Positions 45,901 through 60,900 of a stretch of DNA of 64,000 nt are shown piece by piece (the stretch's first letter is position 1; every line of letters begins with the position of its first letter). The position numbers and the translations under genes are program-made. This stretch comes from Eledone cirrhosa (lineage: Eukaryota), in the NCBI GenBank assembly GCA_964016885.1, contig CAXHJY010000264.1:248001-312000 (forward strand), written 5' to 3'. A model generated the notes under the pieces. That model had not been told where the DNA came from, made no database searches, and saw only the letters and a list, made by a program, of their open reading frames with translations.

Positions 45901-48900
45901 GTCATTGGGGTGTCACTCTAGATGTGCCACTGGTACAGTCAGTCATTGGGGTGCCACTCTAGATGTGACACTGGTACAGCCAGTCATTAGGGTGCCACTC
46001 TAGATGTAACACTGGTACAGCCAATCATTGGGGTCCCACTCTAGATGTGACACTGGTACAGCCAGTCATTAGGGTCCCACTCTAGATGTGCCACCGGTAC
46101 AGCCAGTCATTGGGGTGCCACTGGTACAGCCAGTCATTGGGGTGCCACTCTAGATGTGCCACTGGTACAGCCAGTCATTGGGGTGTCACTCTAGATGTGA
46201 GATTGGTACAGCCAGCCATTGGGGTGCCACTCTAGATGTGCAGCTGGTACAGCCAGCCATTGGGGTGCCACTCTAGATGTGCCACTGGTACAGCCAGCCA
46301 TTGGTGTGCCACTCTAGATGTGCCACTGGTACAGCCAGCCATTGGGGTGTCACTCTAGATGTGCCACTGGTACAGCCAGTCATTTGGGTGTCACTCTAGA
46401 TGTGCCACTGGTACAGCCAGTCATTGGGGTGCCACTCTAGATGTGACACTGGTACAGCCAGTCATTGGGGTGCCACTCTAGATGTGACACTGGTACAGCC
46501 AGTCCATGGGGTGCCACCCTAGATGTGCCACTGGTACAGCCAGTCATTAGGATGTCACTGGTACAGCCAGTCATTAGGGTGCCACTCTAGATGTGCCACT
46601 GGTACAGCCAGTCATTAGGGTGCCACTCTAGATGTGCCACCGGTACAGCCAGTCATTTGGGTGCCACTGGTACAGCCAGTCATTGGGGTGCCACTCTAGA
46701 TGTGCCACTGGTACAGCCAGCCATTGGGGTTTCACTCTAGATGTAACATTGGTACAGCCAGCCATTGGGGAGCCACTCTAGATGTGCCACTGGTACAGCC
46801 AGTCATTAGGGTGCCACTCTAGATGTGCCACCGGTACAGCCAGCCATTGGGGTGCCACTCTAGATGTGCCACTGGTACAGCCAGTCATTGGGGTGCCACT
46901 CTAGATGTGACATTGCTACAGCCATCCATTGGGGTGCCACTCTAGATGTGCCACTGGTACAACCAGTCATTGAGGTGCCACTCTAGATGTGCCACTGGAA
47001 CAGCCAGTCATTGGGGTTCCACTCTAGATGTGCCACTGGTACAGCCAGTCATTGGGGTTCCACTCTAGATGTGCCACTGGTACAGCCAGTCAATGGGGTG
47101 TCACTCTAGATGTGCCACTGGTACAGCCAGTCATTAGGGTGTCACTCTAGATGTGCCACTGGTACAGCCAGTCATTAGGATGTCACTGGTACAGCCAGTC
47201 ATTAGGGTGCCACTCTAGATGTGCCACTGGTACAGCCAGTCATTAGGGTGCCACTCTAGATGTGCCACTGGTACAGCCAGTTATTGGGGTGCCACTGGTA
47301 CAGCCAGTCATTGGGGTGCCACTCTAGATGTGCCACTGGTACAGCCAGTCATTGGGGTGCCACTCTAGATGTGCCACTGGTACAGCCAGTCATTGGGGTT
47401 CCACTCTAGATGTGCCACTGGTACAGCCAGTCAATGGGGTGTCACTCTAGATGTGCCACTGGTACAGCCAGTCATTAGGGTGTCACTCTAGATGTGCCAC
47501 TGGTACAGCCAGTCATTAGGATGTCACTGGTACAGCCAGTCATTAGGGTGCCACTCTAGATGTGCCACTGGTACAGCCAGTCATTAGGGTGCCACTCTAG
47601 ATGTGCCACTGGTACAGCCAGTTATTGGGGTGCCACTGGTACAGCCAGTCATTGGGGTGCCACTCTAGATGTGCCACTGGTACAGCCAGTCATTGGGGTG
47701 CCACTCTAGATGTGACATTGCTACAGCCATCCATTGGGGTGCAACTCTAGATGTGCCACTGGTACAGCCAGTCATTGGGGTTCCACTCTAGATGTGCCAC
47801 TGGTACAGCCAGTCATTGGGGTTCCACTCTAGATGTGCCACTAGTACAGCCAGTCATTGGGGTGTCACTCTAGATGTGCCACTGGTACAGCCAGTCATTA
47901 GGGTGTCACTCTAGATGTGCCACTGGTACAGCCAGTCGTTGGGGTGCCACTCTAGATGTGCCACTGGTACAGCCAGTCATTGGGATGTCACTCTAGATGT
48001 GCCACTGGTACAGCCAGTCATTGGGGTGCAACTCTAGATGTGACATTGCTACAGCCATCCATTGGGGTGCCACTCTAGATGTGTCACTGGTACAGCCAGT
48101 TATTGGGGTGCCACTCTAGATGTGCCACTGGTACAGTCAGTCGCTACGGTGCCACTCTAGATGTGCCACTGGTACAGCCAGTCGTTGGGGTGCCACTCTA
48201 GATGTGCCACTGGTACAGCCAGTTATTGGGATGTCACTCTAGATGTGCCACTGGTACAGCCAGCCATTGGGGTGCCACTCTAGATGTGCCACTGGTACAG
48301 CCAGTCATTGGGTGCCACTCTAGATGTGCCACTGGTACAGCCAGTCATTGGGGTTCCACTCTAGATGTGCTACTGGTACAGCTAGTCATTGGGGTGTCAC
48401 TCTAGATGTGCCACTGGTACAGTCAGTCATTGGGGTCCCACTCTAGAAGTGCCACTGGTACAGCTAGTCATTGGGGTGTCACTCTAGATGTGCCACTGGT
48501 ACAGTCAGTCATTGGGGTGACACTCTAGATGTGCCACTGGTACAGCCAGTCATTAGGGTGCCACTCTAGATGTGCCACTGGTACAGCCAGTCATTAGGGT
48601 GCCACTCTAGATGTGACACTGGTACAGCCAATCATTGGGGTCCCACTCTAGATGTGACACTGGTACAGCCAGTCATTAGGGTCCCACTCTAGATGTGCCA
48701 CCGGTACAGCCAGTCATTGGGGTGCCACTGGTACAGCCAGTCATTGGGGTGCCACTCTAGATGTGCCACTGGTACAGCCAGTCATTAGGGTGTCACTGGT
48801 ACAGCCAGTCATTAGGGTGCCACTCTAGATGTGCCACTGGTACAGCCAGTCATTGGGGTGCCACTCTAGATGTGAGATTGGTACAGCCAGTTATTAGGGT

Positions 48901-51900
48901 GTCACTGGTACAGCCAGTCATTAGGGTGCCACCCTAGATGTGCCACTGGTACAGCCAGTCATTAGGGTGTCACTGGTACAGCCAGTCATTAGGGTGACAC
49001 CCTAGATGTGCCACTGGTACAGCCAGCCATTAGGTACCACTCTAGCTGTGCCACTGGTACAGCCAGCCATTGGGGTGCCACTGTAGATGTGCCACTGGTA
49101 CAGCCAGTCATTGGGGTGCCACTCTAGATGTGCCACTGGTACAGCCAGTCATTAGGGTGTCACTGGTACAGCCAGTCATTGGGGTGCCACTCTAGATGTG
49201 CCACTGGTACAGCCAGTCATTGGGGTGCCACTCTAGATGTGACATTGCTACAGCCATCCATTGGGGTGCCACTCTAGATGTGCCACTGGTACAGCCAGTT
49301 ATTGGGTTGCCACTCTAGATGTGCCACTGGTACAGTCAGTCGCTACGGTGCCACTCTAGATGTGCCACTGGTACAGCCAGTCGTTGGGGTGCCACTCTAG
49401 ATGTGCCACTGGTACAGCCAGTCATTGGGATGTCACTCTAGATGTGCCACTGGTACAGCCAGTCATTGGGGTGCAACTCTAGATGTGCCACTGGTACAGC
49501 CAGTCATTAGGGTGCCACTCTAGATGTGCCACTGGTACAGCCAGTCGTTGGGGTGCCACTCTAGATGTGCCACTGGTACAGCCAGTTATTGGGGTGCCAC
49601 TCTAGATGTGCCACTGGTACAGCCAGTCATTGGGGTGCAACTCTAGATGTGCCACTGGTACAGCCAGTTATTAGGGTGCCACTCTAGATGTGCCACTGGT
49701 ACAGCCAGTCATTGGGGTGCCACTCTAGATGTGCCACTGGTACAGCCAGTTATTAGGGTGCCACTCTAGATGTGCCACTGGTACAGCCAGTCATTGGGGT
49801 GCCACTCTAGATGTGAGATTGGTACAGCCAGCCATTGGGGTGTCACTCTAGATGTGACATTGGTACAGCCAGCCATTGGGGTGCCACTCTAGATGTGCAG
49901 CTGGTACAGCCAGCCATTGGGGTGCCACTCTAGATGTGCCACTGGTACAGCCAGCCATTGGTGTGCCACTCTAGATGTGCCACTGGTACAGCCAGCCATT
50001 GGGGTGTCACTCTAGATGTGCCACTGGTACAGCCAGTCATTTGGGTGTCACTCTAGATGTGCCACTGGTACAGCCAGTCATTGGGGTGCCACTCTAGATG
50101 TGACACTGGTACAGCCAGTCATTGGGGTGCCACTCTAGATGTGAAACTGGTACAGCCAGTCCATGGGGTGCCACCCTAGATGTGCCACTGGTACAGCCAG
50201 TCATTAGGATGTCACTGGTACAGCCAGTCATTAGGGTGCCACTCTAGATGTGCCACTGGTACAGCCAGTCATTAGGGTGCCACTCTAGATGTGCCACCGG
50301 TACAGCCAGTCATTTGGGTGCCACTGGTACAGCCAGTCATTGGGGTGCCACTCTAGATGTGCCACTGGTACAGCCAGCCATTGGGGTGCCACTCTAGATG
50401 TGCCACTGGTACAGCCAGTCATTGGGGTGTCACTCTAGATGTGCCACTGGTACAGCCAGCCATTGGGGTTTCACTCTAGATGTAACATTGGTACAGCCAG
50501 CCATTGGGGAGCCACTCTAGATGTGCCACTGGTACAGCCAGTCATTAGGGTGCCACTCTAGATGTGCCACTGGTACAGCCAGCCATTGGGGTGTCACTCT
50601 AGATGTGCCACTGGTACAGCCAGTCATTGGGGTGTCACTCTAGATGTGCCACTGGTACAGCAAGTCATTGGGGTGTCACTCTAGATGTGCCACTGGTACA
50701 GCCAGTCATTGGGGTGCCACTCTAGATGTGGCACTGGTACAGCCAGTCATTGGGGTGCCACTCTAGATGTGACACTGGTACAGCCAGTCCATGGGGTGCC
50801 ACCCTAGATGTGCCACTGGTACAGCCAGCCATTGCGGTGTCACTCTAGATGTGCCACTGGTACAGCCAGTCATTAGGGTCCCACTCTAGATGTGCCACTG
50901 GTACAGCCAGTCATTGGGGTTCCACTCTAGATGTGAGATTGGTACAGCCAGTCATTGGGATGTCACTCTAGATGTGCCACTGGTACAGCCAGTCATTGGG
51001 GTGCCACTCTAGATGTGCCACTGGTACAGCCAGTCATTAGGGTGTCACTGGTACAGCCAGTCATTGGGGTGCCACTCTAGATGTGCCACTGGTACAGCCA
51101 GTCATTGGGGTGCCACTCTAGATGTGACATTGCTACAGCCATCCATTGGGGTGCCACTCTAGATGTGCCACTGGTACAGCCAGTTATTGGGTTGCCACTC
51201 TAGATGTGCCACTGGTACAGTCAGTCGCTACGGTGCCACTCTAGATGTGCCACTGGTACAGCCAGTCGTTGGGGTGCCACTCTAGATGTGCCACTGGTAC
51301 AGCCAGTTATTGGGTTGCCACTCTAGATGTGCCACTGGTACAGTCAGTCGCTACGGTGCCACTCTAGATGTGCCACTGGTACAGCCAGTCATTAGGGTGC
51401 CACTCTAGATGTGCCACTGGTACAGCCAGTCATTGGGGTGCAACTCTAGATGTGCCACTGGTACAGCGAGTCATTGGGGTTCCACTGGTACAGCCAGCCA
51501 TTGGGGTGCCACTCTAGAAGTGCCACTGGTACAGCTAGTCATTGGGGTGTCACTCTAGATGTGCCACTGGTACAGTCAGTCATTGGGGTGCCACTCTAGA
51601 TGTGACACTGGTACAGCCAGTTATTAGGGTGCCACTCTAGATGTGCCACTGGTACAGCCAGTCATTAGGGTCCCACTCTAGAAGTGCCACTGGTACAGCT
51701 AGTCATTGGGGTGTCACTCTAGATGTGCCACTGGTACAGTCAGTCATTGGGGTGCCACTCTAGATGTGACACTGGTACAGCCAGTCATTGGGGTGCAACT
51801 CTAGATGTGCCACTGGTACAGCGAGTCATTGGGGTTCCACTGGTACAGCCAGCCATTGGGGTGCCACTCTAGAAGTGCCACTGGTACAGCTAGTCATTGG

Positions 51901-54900
51901 GGTGTCACTCTAGATGTGCCACTGGTACAGCCAGTCATTGGGGTGCAACTCTAGATGTGCCACTGGTACAGCGAGTCATTGGGGTTCCACTGGTACAGCC
52001 AGCCATTGGGGTGCCACTCTAGAAGTGCCACTGGTACAGCTAGTCATTGGGGTGCCACTCTAGATGTGCCACTGGTACAGCCAGCCATTGGGGTGTCACT
52101 CTAGATGTGACATTGGTACAGCCAGCCATTGGGGTGTCACTCTAGATGTGCCACTGGTACAGCCAGCCATTGGGATGTCACTCTAGATGTGCCACTGGTA
52201 CAGCCAGTCATTGGGGTGCCACTCTAGATGTGCCACTGGTACAGCCAGTCAATGGGGCGACACTCTAGATGTGCCACTGGTACAGCCAGCCATTGGGATG
52301 TCACTCTAGATGTGCCACTGGTACAGCCAGCCATTGGGGTGTCACTCTAGATGTGCCACTGGTACAGCCAGCCATTGGGATGTCACTCTAGATGTGCCAC
52401 TGGTACAGCCAGCCATTGGGGTGCCACTCTAGATGTGCCACTGGTACAGCCAGTCATTAGGGTGCGACTCTAGATGTGCCACTGGTACAGCCAGCCATTG
52501 GGGTGCCACTCTAGATGTGCCACTGGTACAGCCAGCCATTGGGCTGCCACTCTAGATGTGCCACTGGTACAGCCAGCCATTGGGGTGCCACTCTAGATGT
52601 GCCACTGGTACAGCCAGCCATTGGGGTGTCACTCTAGATGTGCCACTGGTACAGCCAGTCATTGGGGTGCCACTCTAGATGTGACACTGGTACAGCCAGT
52701 CCATGGGGTGCCACCCTAGATGTGCCACTGGTACAGCCAGTCATTTGGGTGCCACTGGTACAGCCAGTCATTGGGGTGCCACTCTAGATGTGAGATTGGT
52801 ACAGCCAGCCATTGGGGTGCCACTCTAGATGTGCCACTGGTACAGCCAGTTATTGGGGTGCCACTCTAGATGTGCCACTGGTACAGCCAGCCATTGGGGT
52901 GTCACTCTAGATGTGACATTGGTACAGCCAGCCATTGGGGTGCCACTCTAGATGTGCCACTGGTACAGCCAGCCATTGGGGTGTCACTCTAGATGTGACA
53001 TTGGTACAGCCAGCCATTGGGGTGCCACTCTAGATGTGCCACTGGTACAGCCAGTCATTTGGGTTCCACTCTAGATGTGCTACTGGTACAGCTAGTCATT
53101 GGGGTGTCACTGGTACAGCCAGTCAATGGGGCGACACTCTAGATGTGCCACTGGTACAGCCAGTTATTGGGGTGCCACTCTAGATGTGCCACTGGTACAG
53201 CCAGTCATTGGGGTACCACTCTAGATGTGAGATTGGTACAGCCAGCCATTGGGGTGCCACTCTAGATGTGCCACTGGTACAGCCAGTTATTGGGGTGCCA
53301 CTCTAGATGTGCCACTGGTACAGCCAGCCATTGGGGTGCCACTCTAGATGTGCCACTGGTACAGCCAGTCATTGGGGTACCACTCTAGATGTGCCACTGG
53401 TACAGCCAGTCATTAGGGTGCCACTGGTACAGCCAGTCAATGGGGCGACACTCTAGATGTGCCACTGGTACAGCCAGTCATTGGGGTGCCACTCTAGATG
53501 TGCCACTGGTACAGCCAGTCAATGGGGCGACACTCTAGATGTGCCACTGGTACAGCCAGTTATTGGGGTGCCACTCTAGATGTGCCACTGGTACAGCCAG
53601 TCATTAGGGTGCCACTCTAGATGTGCCACTGGTACAGCCAGCCATTGGGGTGTCACTCTAGATGTGTCACTGGTACAGCAAGTCCATGGGGTGCCACTCT
53701 AGATGTGCCACTGGTACAGCCAGTCATTGGGGTGTCACTCTAGATGTGCCACTGGTACAGCCAGTCATTGGGGTGCCACTCTAGATGTGGCACTGGTACA
53801 GCCAGTCATTGGGGTGCCACTCTAGATGTGACACTGGTACAGCCAGTCATTGGGGTGTCACTGTAGATGTGCCACTGGTACAGCCAGTCATTAGGGTCCC
53901 ACTCTAGATGTGCCACTGGTACAGCCAGTCATTAGGGTGCCACTGGTACAGCCAGTCATTGGGGTGCCACTCTAGATGTGCCACTGGTACAGCCAGTCAT
54001 TGGGGTGCCACTCTAGATGTGAGATTGGTACAGCCAGCCATTGGGGTGCCACTCTAGATGTGAGATTGGTACAACCAGTCATTGGGGTGCCACTCTAGAT
54101 GTGCCACTGCTACAGCCAGTCATTAGGGTGCCACTCTAGATGTGCCACTGGTACAGCCAGTCATTAGGGTGCCACTCTAGATGTGCCACTGGTACAGCCA
54201 GTCATTAGGGTGCCACTCTAGATGTGCCACTGGTACAGCCAGTCATTTGGGTGCTACTGGTACAGCCAGTCATTGGGGTGCCACCCTAGATGTGCCACTG
54301 GTACAGCCAGTCATTAGGGTGCCACTCTAGATGTGCCACTGGTACAGCCAGTCATTAGGGTGCCACTCTAGATGTGCCACTGGTACAGCCAGTCATTGGG
54401 GTGCCACTCTAGATGTGAGATTGGTACAGCCAGTCAATGGGGTGTCACTCTAGATGTGCCACTGGTACAGCCAGCCATTGGGGTGCAACTCTAGATGTGA
54501 CATTGCTACAGCCAGTCATTAGGGTCCCACTCTAGATGTGCCACTGGTACAGCCAGCCATTGGGGTGCCACTCTAGATGTGCCACTGGTACAGCCAGCCA
54601 TTGGGGTGCCACTCTAGATGTGACATTGGTACAGCCAGCCATTGGGGTACCACTCTAGATGTGCCACTGGTACAGCCAGTCATTGGGGTGCCACTCTAGA
54701 TGTGCCACTGGTACAGCCAGTCATTAGGGTGCCACTCTAGATGTGCCACTGGTACAGCCAGTCATTTGGGTGCCACTGGTACAGCCAGTCATTGGGGTGC
54801 CTCTCTAGATGTGCCACTGGTACAGCCAGTCATTAGGGTGCCACTCTAGATGTGCCACTGGTACAGCCAGCCATTGGCGTGTCACTCTAGATGTGCCACT

Positions 54901-57900
54901 GGTACAGCCAGTCATTGGGGTGTCACTCTAGATGTGCCACTGGTACAGCCAGTCATTAGGGTGCCACTCTAGATGTGCCACTGGTACAGCCAGCCATTGG
55001 CGTGCCACTCTAGATGTGCCACTGGTACAGCCAGTCATTGGGGTGCAACTCTAGATGTGCCACTGGTACAGCGAGTCATTGGGGTTCCACTGGTACAGCC
55101 AGCCATTGGGGTGCCACTCTAGAAGTGCCACTGGTACAGCTAGTCATTGGGGTGTCACTCTAGATGTGCCACTGGTACAGTCAGTCATTGGGGTGCCACT
55201 CTAGATGTGACACTGGTACAGCCAGTTATTAGGGTGCCACTCTAGATGTGCCACTGGTACAGCCAGTCATTAGGGTCCCACTCTAGAAGTGCCACTGGTA
55301 CAGCTAGTCATTGGGGTGTCACTCTAGATGTGCCACTGGTACAGTCAGTCATTGGGGTGCCACTCTAGATGTGACACTGGTACAGCCAGTCATTGGGGTG
55401 CAACTCTAGATGTGCCACTGGTACAGCGAGTCATTGGGGTTCCACTGGTACAGCCAGCCATTGGGGTGCCACTCTAGAAGTGCCACTGGTACAGCTAGTC
55501 ATTGGGGTGTCACTCTAGATGTGCCACTGGTACAGCCAGTCATTGGGGTGCAACTCTAGATGTGCCACTGGTACAGCGAGTCATTGGGGTTCCACTGGTA
55601 CAGCCAGCCATTGGGGTGCCACTCTAGAAGTGCCACTGGTACAGCTAGTCATTGGGGTGCCACTCTAGATGTGCCACTGGTACAGCCAGCCATTGGGGTG
55701 TCACTCTAGATGTGACATTGGTACAGCCAGCCATTGGGGTGTCACTCTAGATGTGCCACTGGTACAGCCAGCCATTGGGATGTCACTCTAGATGTGCCAC
55801 TGGTACAGCCAGTCATTGGGGTGCCACTCTAGATGTGCCACTGGTACAGCCAGTCAATGGGGCGACACTCTAGATGTGCCACTGGTACAGCCAGCCATTG
55901 GGATGTCACTCTAGATGTGCCACTGGTACAGCCAGCCATTGGGGTGTCACTCTAGATGTGCCACTGGTACAGCCAGCCATTGGGATGTCACTCTAGATGT
56001 GCCACTGGTACAGCCAGCCATTGGGGTGCCACTCTAGATGTGCCACTGGTACAGCCAGTCATTAGGGTGCGACTCTAGATGTGCCACTGGTACAGCCAGC
56101 CATTGGGGTGCCACTCTAGATGTGCCACTGGTACAGCCAGCCATTGGGCTGCCACTCTAGATGTGCCACTGGTACAGCCAGCCATTGGGGTGCCACTCTA
56201 GATGTGCCACTGGTACAGCCAGCCATTGGGGTGTCACTCTAGATGTGCCACTGGTACAGCCAGTCATTGGGGTGCCACTCTAGATGTGACACTGGTACAG
56301 CCAGTCCATGGGGTGCCACCCTAGATGTGCCACTGGTACAGCCAGTCATTTGGGTGCCACTGGTACAGCCAGTCATTGGGGTGCCACTCTAGATGTGAGA
56401 TTGGTACAGCCAGCCATTGGGGTGCCACTCTAGATGTGCCACTGGTACAGCCAGTTATTGGGGTGCCACTCTAGATGTGCCACTGGTACAGCCAGCCATT
56501 GGGGTGTCACTCTAGATGTGACATTGGTACAGCCAGCCATTGGGGTGCCACTCTAGATGTGCCACTGGTACAGCCAGCCATTGGGGTGTCACTCTAGATG
56601 TGACATTGGTACAGCCAGCCATTGGGGTGCCACTCTAGATGTGCCACTGGTACAGCCAGTCATTTGGGTTCCACTCTAGATGTGCTACTGGTACAGCTAG
56701 TCATTGGGGTGTCACTGGTACAGCCAGTCAATGGGGCGACACTCTAGATGTGCCACTGGTACAGCCAGTTATTGGGGTGCCACTCTAGATGTGCCACTGG
56801 TACAGCCAGTCATTGGGGTACCACTCTAGATGTGAGATTGGTACAGCCAGCCATTGGGGTGCCACTCTAGATGTGCCACTGGTACAGCCAGTTATTGGGG
56901 TGCCACTCTAGATGTGCCACTGGTACAGCCAGCCATTGGGGTGCCACTCTAGATGTGCCACTGGTACAGCCAGTCATTGGGGTACCACTCTAGATGTGCC
57001 ACTGGTACAGCCAGTCATTAGGGTGCCACTGGTACAGCCAGTCAATGGGGCGACACTCTAGATGTGCCACTGGTACAGCCAGTCATTGGGGTGCCACTCT
57101 AGATGTGCCACTGGTACAGCCAGTCAATGGGGCGACACTCTAGATGTGCCACTGGTACAGCCAGTTATTGGGGTGCCACTCTAGATGTGCCACTGGTACA
57201 GCCAGTCATTAGGGTGCCACTCTAGATGTGCCACTGGTACAGCCAGCCATTGGGGTGTCACTCTAGATGTGTCACTGGTACAGCAAGTCCATGGGGTGCC
57301 ACTCTAGATGTGCCACTGGTACAGCCAGTCATTGGGGTGTCACTCTAGATGTGCCACTGGTACAGCAAGTCATTGGGGTGTCACTCTAGATGTGCCACTG
57401 GTACAGCCAGTCATTGGGGTGCCACTCTAGATGTGGCACTGGTACAGCCAGTCATTGGGGTGCCACTCTAGATGTGACACTGGTACAGCCAGTCATTGGG
57501 GTGTCACTGTAGATGTGCCACTGGTACAGCCAGTCATTAGGGTCCCACTCTAGATGTGCCACTGGTACAGCCAGTCATTAGGGTGCCACTGGTACAGCCA
57601 GTCATTGGGGTGCCACTCTAGATGTGCCACTGGTACAGCCAGTCATTGGGGTGCCACTCTAGATGTGAGATTGGTACAGCCAGCCATTGGGGTGCCACTC
57701 TAGATGTGAGATTGGTACAACCAGTCATTGGGGTGCCACTCTAGATGTGCCACTGCTACAGCCAGTCATTAGGGTGCCACTCTAGATGTGCCACTGGTAC
57801 AGCCAGTCATTAGGGTGCCACTCTAGATGTGCCACTGGTACAGCCAGTCATTAGGGTGCCACTCTAGATGTGCCACTGGTACAGCCAGTCATTTGGGTGC

Positions 57901-60900
57901 TACTGGTACAGCCAGTCATTGGGGTGCCACCCTAGATGTGCCACTGGTACAGCCAGTCATTAGGGTGCCACTCTAGATGTGCCACTGGTACAGCCAGTCA
58001 TTAGGGTGCCACTCTAGATGTGCCACTGGTACAGCCAGTCATTGGGGTGCCACTCTAGATGTGAGATTGGTACAGCCAGTCAATGGGGTGTCACTCTAGA
58101 TGTGCCACTGGTACAGCCAGCCATTGGGGTGCAACTCTAGATGTGACATTGCTACAGCCAGTCATTAGGGTCCCACTCTAGATGTGCCACTGGTACAGCC
58201 AGCCATTGGGGTGCCACTCTAGATGTGCCACTGGTACAGCCAGCCATTGGGGTGCCACTCTAGATGTGACATTGGTACAGCCAGCCATTGGGGTACCACT
58301 CTAGATGTGCCACTGGTACAGCCAGTCATTGGGGTGCCACTCTAGATGTGCCACTGGTACAGCCAGTCATTAGGGTGCCACTCTAGATGTGCCACTGGTA
58401 CAGCCAGTCATTTGGGTGCCACTGGTACAGCCAGTCATTGGGGTGCCTCTCTAGATGTGCCACTGGTACAGCCAGTCATTAGGGTGCCACTCTAGATGTG
58501 CCACTGGTACAGCCAGCCATTGGCGTGTCACTCTAGATGTGCCACTGGTACAGCCAGTCATTGGGGTGTCACTCTAGATGTGCCACTGGTACAGCCAGTC
58601 ATTAGGGTGCCACTCTAGATGTGCCACTGGTACAGCCAGTCATTTGGGTGCCACTGGTACAGCCAGTCATTGGGGTGCCTCTCTAGATGTGCCACTGGTA
58701 CAGCCAGTCATTAGGGTGCCACTCTAGATGTGCCACTGGTACAGCCAGCCATTGGCGTGTCACTCTAGATGTGCCACTGGTACAGCCAGTCATTGGGGTG
58801 TCACTCTAGATGTGCCACTGGTACAGCCAGTCATTAGGGTGCCACTCTAGATGTGCCACTGGTACAGCCAGTCATTTGGGTGCCACTGGTACAGCCAGTC
58901 ATTGGGGTGCCACTCTAGATGTGCCACTGGTACAGCCAGCCATTGGGGTGTCACTCTAGATGTGCCACTCTAGATGTGCCACTGGTACAGCCAGTCATTG
59001 GGGTGTCACTCTAGATGTGCCACTGGTACAGCCAGCCATTGGGGTGTCACTCTAGATGTGCCACTGGTACAGCCAGTCATTGGGGTGTCACTCTAGATGT
59101 GCCACCGGTACAGCCAGTCATTTGGGTGCCACTGGTACAGCCAGTCATTGGGGTGTCACTCTAGATGTGCCACCGGTACAGCCAGTCATTTGGGTGCCAC
59201 TGGTACAGCCAGCCATTAGGTACCACTCTAGCTGTGCCACTGGTACAGCCAGTCATTGGGGTGCCACTCTAGATGTGCCACTGGTACAGCCAGCCATTGG
59301 GGTGTCACTCTAGATGTGCCACTGGTACAGCCAGTCATTAGGGTGCCACTCTAGATGTGCCACTGGTACAGCCAGTCATTGGGGTGCCACTCTAGATGTG
59401 ACACTGGTACAGCCAGTCATTGGGGTGCCACTCTAGATGTGCCACTGGTACAGCCAGTCATTGGGGTGCCACTCTAGATGTGACACTGGTACAGCCAGTC
59501 ATTGGGGTGCCACTCTAGATGTGCCACTGGTACAGCCAGTCATTGGGGTGCCACTCTAGATGTGACACTGGTACAGCCAGTCATTGGGGTGCCACTCTAG
59601 ATATGACACTGGTACAGCCAGTCATTGGGGTCCCCCTCTAGATGTGACACTGGTACAGCCAGTCATTGGGGTGTCACTGTAGATGTGCCACTGGTACAGC
59701 CAGTCATTAGGGTGCCACTCTAGATGTGCCACTGGTACAGCCAGTCATTGGGGTACCACTCTAGATGTGCCACTGGTACAGCCAGTCATTAGGGTGCCAC
59801 TGGTACAGCCAGTCATTGGGGTGCCACTCTAGATGTGAGATTGGTACAGCCAGCCATTGGGGTGCCACTCTAGATGTGACACTGGTACAGCCAGTCATTG
59901 GGGTGTCACTGTAGATGTGCCACTGATACAGCCAGCCATTGGGGTGCCACTCTAGATGTGCCACTGGTACAGCCAGCCATTGGGGTGCCACTCTAGATGT
60001 GCCACTGGTACAGCCAGTCATTGGGGTGCCACTCTAGATGTGCCACTGGTACAGCCAGTCATTAGGGTGCCACTGGTACAGCCAGTCATTGGGGTGCCAC
60101 TCTAGATGTGAGATTGGTACAGCCAGCCATTGGGGTGCCACTCTAGATGTGCCACTGGTACAGCCAGTCATTGGGGTACCACTCTAGATGTGCCACTGGT
60201 ACAGCCAGTCATTAGGGTGCCACTGGTACAGCCAGTCATTGGGGTGCCACTCTAGATGTGAGATTGGTACAGCCAGCCATTGGGGTGCCACTCTAGATGT
60301 GACACTCGTACAGCCAGTCATTGGGGTGTCACTGTAGATGTGCCACTGGTACAGCCAGCCATTGGGGTGCCACTCTAGATGTGCCACTGGTACAGCCAGC
60401 CATTGGGGTGCCACTCTAGATGTGCCACTGGTACAGCCAGTTATTGGGGTGCCACTCTAGATGTGCCACTGGTACAGCCAGCCATTGGGGTGTCACTCTA
60501 GATGTGACATTGGTACAGCCAGCCATTGGGGTGCCACTCTAGATGTGCCACTGGTACAGCCAGCCATTGGGGTGTCACTCTAGATGTGACATTGGTACAG
60601 CCAGCCATTGGGGTGCCACTCTAGATGTGCCACTGGTACAGCCAGTCATTTGGGTTCCACTCTAGATGTGCTACTGGTACAGCTAGTCATTGGGGTGTCA
60701 CTGGTACAGCCAGTCAATGGGGCGACACTCTAGATGTGCCACTGGTACAGTCAGTTATTGGGGTGCCACTCTAGATGTGCCACTGGTACAGCCAGTCATT
60801 GGGGTACCACTCTAGATGTGAGATTGGTACAGCCAGCCATTGGGGTGCCACTCTAGATGTGCCACTGGTACAGCCAGTTATTGGGGTGCCACTCTAGATG

